A stretch of 6,834 bases of DNA from Amoeboradix gromovi X-113 (lineage: Eukaryota; Fungi; Sanchytriomycota), in assembly GCA_018985225.1 (NCBI GenBank), contig JADGIF010000547.1:1-6834 (forward strand), given 5' to 3'. Position numbers and translations under genes: made by a program. Positions 1 to 5,493 of this stretch are shown piece after piece (positions within the stretch are counted from its first letter, which is position 1; the number at the start of each line of letters is the position of its first letter). A model generated the notes under the pieces. The model was not told where the DNA came from. It saw only the letters and a list, made by a program, of their open reading frames with translations, and searched no databases.

Positions 1-49
1 CTGTACAGAATGTTTATTTTTGAAATTTCGATACAAAAAGTTATTTATT

Positions 50-60
50 TTCCTTTTATA
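50..60 (-). promoter_or_regulatory. TATA box (TATAAAAGGAA) pointing out of the left edge of the window
   Basis: The 11-mer is identical to 2617-2627, suggesting a minus-strand gene starts just left of the window. Confidence 0.35.
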
Positions 61-694
61 CTCGTCAGCTCCGCAACTAGCTGAATGTCCACTCGCCTCT
101 TAAATCCATAAAATTAATAAAGCTGAGATAATGTTCCAAGTTGTTACAGAAAGTTAGTCCAGTTTTTATATTTGATGTCCCAGTTGTATTTTGCTTCCTA
201 ATTGACGTGGAGAAATCGAGTCATCAAATTATCTTTCCGAGTGAAGAGTTACCACCCTGTAGATAGCGGACTTTTTTAATCTACATTTATTTACTTAAGA
301 ACTCTATCTTTCCTACTCAGAAACTATATGGTGAAATCAAACAGTTCCAATACCAGCCATCTGTGATAGCTCCATTCATTGTACTGTAATAATAGTAGTA
401 CCAGTATGAACAATATCTAACAGATCCAGCATACAAAACCATGTTGAAAAATAGCATTCTACAACACTAAGCCTAGACCAACTTAAGTACATTGAAAAAA
501 CAGATTAAAGCATATGATTGGTGCTAATTCCAATATTTCTGAACTTGTGAATTGACCTTTGGCTACATAAATTGAATTTTAATATTAAAAATGGAGAGTG
601 TCGTGTTCTAGTGCTTTTGGTACCAATGAAAAGCAAGGTTAGTCTAATTTAGATTGCAAGAATGCACTTCAAGTAGCGCATCGTAATTAAGGTA

Positions 695-700
695 TTTATT
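695..700 (-). terminator. AATAAA polyadenylation signal of the metallophosphoesterase
   Basis: TAG-TT-AATAAA on the minus strand. Confidence 0.55.
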
Positions 701-702
701 AA

Positions 703-2052
703 CTATTCAGAAACATTTATAAAGTTGCAATCATCTGTTTGGACAACCAGCGCAGGCGCATAGCAATCTTTCTCACCAATCTCCAAATCAGTACTAAAAA
801 CGATTTTAAATTTCAAATCGACCTCTAAAATACTTTTTATATTTATTGAATTAAACACCTCGCCACTTTCAATATCTGCTCTGTAGCTTATTTTGTACTT
901 GCTATTTTCAATAGACACAACCACATCTGAGTCTTTTTCAGTTTTATAAATGTAAAGCTGCAAATAAGCCGAATACACTTTGTCTATTGCTATACCTTTT
1001 AAATCAAAGCTCACTTCTAACTCTGTGTTCAGTGTCGATCTTTTACTCTTTTCAAGAATACGAGGCTGTAACCGAGGGCTAAGTTCTAGCATGTGTTTAC
1101 AGATTTTGTATTTGCGGTCTACTCCATGCATGCTTCTGGTGATATTGAATGAGTCTCTAAGTTTGCGGTCGATATCTTTAAAAACACATTCGGCAGTGAA
1201 ACCCCAAAACTCACATAAAACAGCACCAAATTGTGCGTCATTATCTTCTGTTAAGAAAGTGGACCACCAAGGGTATTTGTTGGAGTCGTTTTCCCATTTT
1301 CTGATTGTTCGCCCGCCTAAACCACTGACAATGGCAAAAGTGTCACCAGGACTAATTTTCATAGTTTTAGTGTCATGACTAGCAACTATCTGATGCTCAA
1401 ACTGCTTCATGACTTTAGTCCTAGCATAAGAATGTTCATGGCCTGTAAATATTAATGCTCCATGTTCTCTGCATATATCATAAACTGCATAGCCCACCTC
1501 ATCATTCTTGTGGCCCATCTGGTAAAGATGCTGATTCTTATGCCAACCACATATAGACCACCCATCACTCTTTTTTAATTCTTGCTCCAAGTAACCTTCA
1601 TGGTTTGATCCAAATGTTCCAACACCAGACAGAAGAATGTTTATGCCCTTCACATTACAGTTCATTTTTACACCATACTCACCTTGACAAGCAACATTGT
1701 TGTTCGCCATACGAGATGAGAGCAAAGTTTGATATTCTGTCCATTTAGGTAGGTCATGATTGCCAATAACTGCTAAATACGGTATTTTTGGGACCTCATC
1801 ATTAATCATCTTCAAGAACTTGCTTGGATTATCCTCGTAATCAAAGTCTCCCAAATGAACAATTGCATCCGCACCCCAATCCTTGATCATTTGAAGCACT
1901 TTATGAGCTGGGTCATCAGCTCCACTGTCCCCAAAGAAGGCTAGCCTCACTGACTCAGACTCTCGTTTGTAAAACTTTGGTGGCTTTTGTGTCGGAAGAT
2001 TATCTGAAATGCACGCCTGGCCAAATCCTAGAACATGAAAGATAAAAAACAT
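703..2052 (-). CDS. Calcineurin-like metallophosphoesterase (purple-acid-phosphatase-like), probably secreted, with a ~130-aa C-terminal accessory domain
   Basis: 449-aa ATG..TAG ORF. The metallophosphoesterase motifs appear in the canonical order: FFGDSG, HLGDFDY, IGNHD, GWHKNQ, FTGHEHSYAR, then VSGLGG. The short hydrophobic N-terminus (MFFIFHVLGFGQA) is signal-peptide-like. AATAAA lies 2 nt after the stop. Confidence 0.93.
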   Translation of the reverse strand: MFFIFHVLGFGQACISDNLPTQKPPKFYKRESESVRLAFFGDSGADDPAHKVLQMIKDWGADAIVHLGDFDYEDNPSKFLKMINDEVPKIPYLAVIGNHDLPKWTEYQTLLSSRMANNNVACQGEYGVKMNCNVKGINILLSGVGTFGSNHEGYLEQELKKSDGWSICGWHKNQHLYQMGHKNDEVGYAVYDICREHGALIFTGHEHSYARTKVMKQFEHQIVASHDTKTMKISPGDTFAIVSGLGGRTIRKWENDSNKYPWWSTFLTEDNDAQFGAVLCEFWGFTAECVFKDIDRKLRDSFNITRSMHGVDRKYKICKHMLELSPRLQPRILEKSKRSTLNTELEVSFDLKGIAIDKVYSAYLQLYIYKTEKDSDVVVSIENSKYKISYRADIESGEVFNSINIKSILEVDLKFKIVFSTDLEIGEKDCYAPALVVQTDDCNFINVSE

Positions 2053-2097
2053 AATATGTTTTGCCGAGGAGAAATCATACTCACGAACGGGTGTGCG

Positions 2098-2105
2098 TTT
2101 TTATA
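2098..2105 (-). promoter_or_regulatory. TATA box (TATAAAAA) upstream of the metallophosphoesterase
   Basis: Correct orientation, about 45 bp upstream of ATG 2052, within the 68-bp spacer. Confidence 0.5.
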
Positions 2106-2119
2106 AGTTTGAAAATAAA

Positions 2120-2125
2120 TTTATT
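2120..2125 (-). terminator. AATAAA polyadenylation signal overlapping the zinc-finger stop codon
   Basis: AAA-TAA-A on the minus strand. Confidence 0.5.
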
Positions 2126-2495
2126 TGATTTGTTTGTTAACCAAATTAGAGTCTATATTTCTTATGTGTAGACCAATGACATGCTTTTTTAAATCGTATT
2201 TCCTTTTAAAACTACGCTTGCACACATGGCATTCAAAAGGCTTATAATTAGGTACATGAATGTGTATATGCGATTTCAACTGGTGATATTTGGAGCAAAC
2301 AAAAGAACATTCAATCCATTTGCAACAGAACTTGATGTTTTCTTCCATTTGCTCATTAGTTGGCAAGTGGTTTACCAAATGTAAATATAGCGCAGGACAG
2401 TCTTCCAATATGGTATTGCAACCGTCCCATATGCATATAAGCTGTGCAGTGTCTTTAAGTGCATTTGCTAATGGTGGTTGGTGGTGGCCAGACAT
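2121..2495 (-). CDS. PacC/Rim101-like three-finger C2H2 protein, DNA-binding domain only (124 aa from the first in-frame ATG)
   Basis: Three fingers: CIWDGC-x12-HLVNH, CKWIEC-x12-HIHIH and CHVC-x12-HVIGLH. Fingers 1 and 2 carry the Trp of the tandem CWCH2 motif shared by GLI, Zic and PacC. SHIHIHVPNYKPFECHVCKRSFKRKYDLKKHV resembles PacC SHIRVHVP-LKPHKC..CGKAFKRPQDLKKHV (recalled). The ORF-track start at 2501 is GTG; the ATG is at 2495 and there is an in-frame TGA upstream at 2534-2532. Confidence 0.88.
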   Translation of the reverse strand: MSGHHQPPLANALKDTAQLICIWDGCNTILEDCPALYLHLVNHLPTNEQMEENIKFCCKWIECSFVCSKYHQLKSHIHIHVPNYKPFECHVCKRSFKRKYDLKKHVIGLHIRNIDSNLVNKQIK

Positions 2496-2535
2496 GCGCA
2501 CAGCGGTTACAAGGAGTATGTGGAGTAAATCTCAT
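2455..2535 (-). promoter_or_regulatory. Out-of-frame upstream ORF (26 aa, MRFTPHTPCNRCAHVWPPPTTISKCT) overlapping the zinc-finger start codon
   Basis: ATG at 2535 lies between the TATA box and the main ATG (40 nt upstream of it). Its TAA at 2457-2455 is inside the main CDS. Confidence 0.4.
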
Positions 2536-2624
2536 CTTTTCGTATCACGCACTCGTACGGTAAGCCGCTATGTAGCGACAAACGTGTGTCAAAGATGTTC
2601 TTGCTTTGACTCTACATTCCTTTT
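2511..2624. other. Candidate structured RNA or inverted-repeat element (closing stem plus internal hairpins)
   Basis: AAGGA(GT)ATGTGGAGT (2511-2526) pairs with ACTCTACATTCCTT (2609-2622). Internal inverted repeats are GTCAAAG/CTTTGAC (2588-2610), CGCTA/TAGCG (2566-2577) and CGTA/TACG (2541-2559). All were found by eye, not by folding software. Confidence 0.3.
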
Positions 2625-2627
2625 ATA
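2619..2627 (-). promoter_or_regulatory. TATA box (TATAAAAGG) upstream of the zinc-finger gene
   Basis: Canonical TATAAAAG in the correct orientation, about 125 bp upstream of ATG 2495 and just downstream of the 7TM gene's AATAAA. Confidence 0.5.
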
Positions 2628-2645
2628 ATTTCTAAGTGAAAAATA

Positions 2646-2651
2646 TTTATT
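2646..2651 (-). terminator. AATAAA polyadenylation signal of the 7TM gene
   Basis: Lies about 15 nt after the TAG at 2669-2667. Confidence 0.5.
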
Positions 2652-2666
2652 TTTTACATTTTCCGC

Positions 2667-3425
2667 CTAAGATTCGTCACATGCTTCTTCCATATAGCTA
2701 CAAGTGACTGCTGGAGATTCGTTAATCTCATGCAGCAAATCCCCAAAGAATTGTATTAGAAATAAAAGTCGTATTAAATAAGTGAAGGGCCGTATAACCC
2801 TTCCTAAAGCGAACAAAGAGAATTTAGTGACAACAAGAAGAAGTTCTAGAACTATCAGAAGTAGCAGAGATAAGAGTAGTTGAACAATTAACTTCCTTTT
2901 GACTGAATTTCTGTATTCTAAAATATCTAGAATCCTATATAATAAGACCAAAGTTAGGAATATCTCTGATATTGCTATTACTATACTAAATATAGATGAT
3001 GATATAAGATTTGCGAGGTAATAATCGCTATCATATCGCGCAAGCGTTGAAAGCACATTTACAGGAATCATATAGAACATTAATGCCCAGGGGAGCACAC
3101 TTACAAGTTTCTGAAGTCTAAAGTATCCACCTAGGGATTTAATTCTAGTTGAGTATGCGAAATTCGTGCAATTCATCATCAGAAACCATGCAATGGTAGT
3201 AAATGTAGTATAAAGTACCTGATTAACACCTCCATACAAGTCAACTATAGAGAAGCATCCTTGAACCATCGAGGCTGTCAATCCAACAACTATTAGGTTA
3301 AACATTAATTTCCTTTTTTGTGGGAATATGGTTAGTGACTTGACCATCCCCTGAACAAATAATACTACATCAGCTCCAAATAGAACAAGCACGGTTACTG
3401 TGGTAACATCATTTTCAATTCCCAT
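2667..3425 (-). CDS. Seven-transmembrane integral membrane protein (GPCR-like topology, fungal-type uncharacterised family)
   Basis: 252-aa ATG..TAG ORF with seven hydrophobic segments judged by eye (about aa 7-28, 40-64, 71-93, 107-129, 136-163, 179-201, 207-228). Basic loops follow TM1 (QKRK), TM3 (RIK..RLQK) and TM5 (RNSVKRK), consistent with N-out/C-in topology. AATAAA lies about 15 nt after the stop. Confidence 0.85.
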   Translation of the reverse strand: MGIENDVTTVTVLVLFGADVVLFVQGMVKSLTIFPQKRKLMFNLIVVGLTASMVQGCFSIVDLYGGVNQVLYTTFTTIAWFLMMNCTNFAYSTRIKSLGGYFRLQKLVSVLPWALMFYMIPVNVLSTLARYDSDYYLANLISSSIFSIVIAISEIFLTLVLLYRILDILEYRNSVKRKLIVQLLLSLLLLIVLELLLVVTKFSLFALGRVIRPFTYLIRLLFLIQFFGDLLHEINESPAVTCSYMEEACDES

Positions 3426-4696
3426 GTAATATTGGTGGGGGGTATGAAATGCTGTAACTAGTATTTTGACTGCACGTCATTATCATGTGGACAAGGAGAA
3501 AATGCATAAACCTCAAGAATCAAGTTCTAGAATTACAGTGGAGTGGTCAAAAAGTTTTTTGAGTTGAAAAGAACTTACTGGAAAAAGTGTACAAAACGTG
3601 TTCAAATGTGAAATTTTGAATGAAAGACACGGAATGCAAGATACAGAATCCGCAAACTTGCTGCAGATGTATTACAATTAAGGCGCAGAAACATATTAGC
3701 GAGTTCTCCGAGTCCTCGTTTAATATTCAATTTTGATACATATCGTATCATCCTTCCATTCCCTCTGATCTACCTAAAGTGTGCTCCATTTTGAATATGT
3801 GGAGCCCATTCTGACAAAATGTACGCATTTACAAGTAGGAAGTACTTCTAGAAATCTGACATCTTTATCTCATCATGTACGAAAGAAACACATTAATACA
3901 GAATATCAAAATAGTTATCGGCTGATATATTGCAACATATGTTCAAGTCCTAATCAACTGAGCTGTTCTGAAAGGGAAATTTCCAGTGTATTTTTCATGT
4001 TGAAAAAAGGCTATAAGGCATATTGTGAGATTGCGACATCTTTCCAGGAGGGCCTCCGACTTAGAATTGGGGACATTTTCTGAAATTGGGCCCCACACAT
4101 CTTACCGGACTCGCTAAAATAACTATAAAATCTGTTTAAATAACGTCAAAAAAAAGTAAATCTGGTCAAGCAAAAGTTCCTGTATTTCACTACCACCGCT
4201 CTAGTTGAAACATGTTTCTCCACTAACTTGGTCATCAAAACACCGAACGACTTGAAGATTGTTGTAACATATATTTCTATTTCTATCCGTAACTACAAAT
4301 TTATTTCATGTTATTTGCTAGGCAAGCCGGATGCCAAATTAATCAAGCTTAACTCAATAAATCATTTGAAGTGATTACCTGAAGTTTGGCCCTCTAGTTG
4401 ATAAAATTTATGTAGTTGTATAATTATTTAAAAACTTTTCATACTATGTTATCATCAACTGCAAATTCTTTTTTTGGTTTCTCTGTGGAAATTCTTAATT
4501 TTCTCTGAAATCAGGACTGAACGAATACCACTGAAACATCAAACCTTGTTGTCGAAGTACCGCTGTAGAGACACGTCAAGAAAAATTAGTTGCATCGAAA
4601 GTCATCGAAATCTTAAATCATGACTTGGAGAACGCTCAAAAGATTACCAAATCTCCTATAGTTTAATTTTTTTATGATTGACTTTAGTGTAACATC

Positions 4697-5467
4697 ATGT
4701 CCCGCTTGCTGCGAAATATTTCATACCACGTAGATAAAAATGTTGGAATAATTACACTTAACAATGGCCCAAATAATACGTTAACAAACGATTTTGTAAG
4801 CAGTTTTCATAAAGCCCTTGAATTAGTAGAAGAAAGTCCTCCGGTGGTTTTGCTGATTCATTCAAATGCAAAGCATTTCTGCGCTGGTGCAGATTTGAAA
4901 GAAAGAAAAGGAATGGACAATGTGCAAGTTAAGCTGTTTACAGATGGTCTTCGTAAAATGACAAGAAGAGTATTCGAACTTGCTTGTCCTACAATTTGCT
5001 CCGTCAAAGGTTCCGCTCTCGGTGGTGGACTAGAAATCGCTTTATCTTGTAATTTAAGGGTTTTTCAAAATGATTCGAAGGTAGGGTTACCAGAGGTAGG
5101 TTTGGCAATCATACCTGGTGCTTTAGGTACTCAATATTTGACTCGGCTAAATTATGGCTTGGCTAATGAGTTAATTCTAACTAGTAAAATTATTAGCGGT
5201 GATGAGGCATTTCAAAAGGGTCTATGTCAATATGTCTCAGATGATTCTTTCGCGTTTGCCCAAGATCTTGCCAAAAGAATTGCTACAAAGGGTCCAATTG
5301 CATTAAGAGCCGCTAAAATGGCTATTCAAAGTGGTTATGGGCAGCTCATAGATGAGCAAGTACAGGTGGAAGAAGCGTGTTACGCGCAAACAATACCGAC
5401 AAAGGACAGAATTGAAGGTTTAGACTCATTTTTGGAAAAGAGAAAGCCAATGTATAAGGGTGAATAA
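4697..5467 (+). CDS. AUH: Enoyl-CoA hydratase/isomerase (crotonase) family, most like mitochondrial methylglutaconyl-CoA hydratase (AUH-like)
   Basis: Motifs FCAGADLKER, ALGGGLEIAL and GLPEVGLAIIPG contain both catalytic Glu residues. The C-terminus TKDRIEGLDSFLEKRKPMYKGE is typical of AUH. The N-terminus MSRLLRNISY is a short Arg-rich, acid-free, presequence-like stretch. Confidence 0.92.
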   Translation: MSRLLRNISYHVDKNVGIITLNNGPNNTLTNDFVSSFHKALELVEESPPVVLLIHSNAKHFCAGADLKERKGMDNVQVKLFTDGLRKMTRRVFELACPTICSVKGSALGGGLEIALSCNLRVFQNDSKVGLPEVGLAIIPGALGTQYLTRLNYGLANELILTSKIISGDEAFQKGLCQYVSDDSFAFAQDLAKRIATKGPIALRAAKMAIQSGYGQLIDEQVQVEEACYAQTIPTKDRIEGLDSFLEKRKPMYKGE

Positions 5468-5493
5468 ATAAATTTTTAGTAAATCTATTTATT
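5463..5493. terminator. Bidirectional 3'-end region of the convergent AUH and APP1 genes
   Basis: Plus-strand AATAAA at 5463-5468 and 5467-5472 overlap the AUH TAA. Minus-strand AATAAA at 5493-5488 overlaps the APP1 TAA. Only 24 bp separate the two stops. Confidence 0.6.

Noticed and set aside
121-160. GCTGAGAT resembling the TPP riboswitch J3/2 motif
   Set aside because: The downstream ACCTGA..GG.TAAT.CC.GCG elements are missing.
980-1378. 132-aa plus-strand ORF
   Set aside because: Antisense shadow of the metallophosphoesterase, with a TTG start and no motifs.
2053-2090. GTGAGT donor-like site upstream of the phosphatase ATG
   Set aside because: No acceptor AG follows it before the ATG, and the CDS is complete without an intron.
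2290-2628. 112-aa plus-strand ORF
   Set aside because: Largely antisense to the zinc-finger CDS, with a TTG start and no recognisable domain.
2541-2640. U1 snRNA or 5S rRNA (ATCACG, GCACTC, TAAGC and ATAATTT fragments)
   Set aside because: No ACTTACCTG 5' end, wrong motif spacing, no proper Sm site, and no 5S-conserved CCGATC or AGTA..GGG motifs.
2667-3425. Microbial or animal rhodopsin
   Set aside because: No retinal-binding Lys in helix 7 and no DxxxK or NPxxY motif.
3734-3750. TGATAC-N5-GTATCA inverted repeat
   Set aside because: An isolated 6-bp stem is expected by chance.
3485-3838. Plus-strand ATG frame interrupted only by four TGA codons, each preceded by Phe, suggesting TGA recoding
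   Set aside because: The readthrough product resembles nothing I recognise. The real genes encode Trp without in-frame TGA, and TTTTGA is common in AT-rich DNA.
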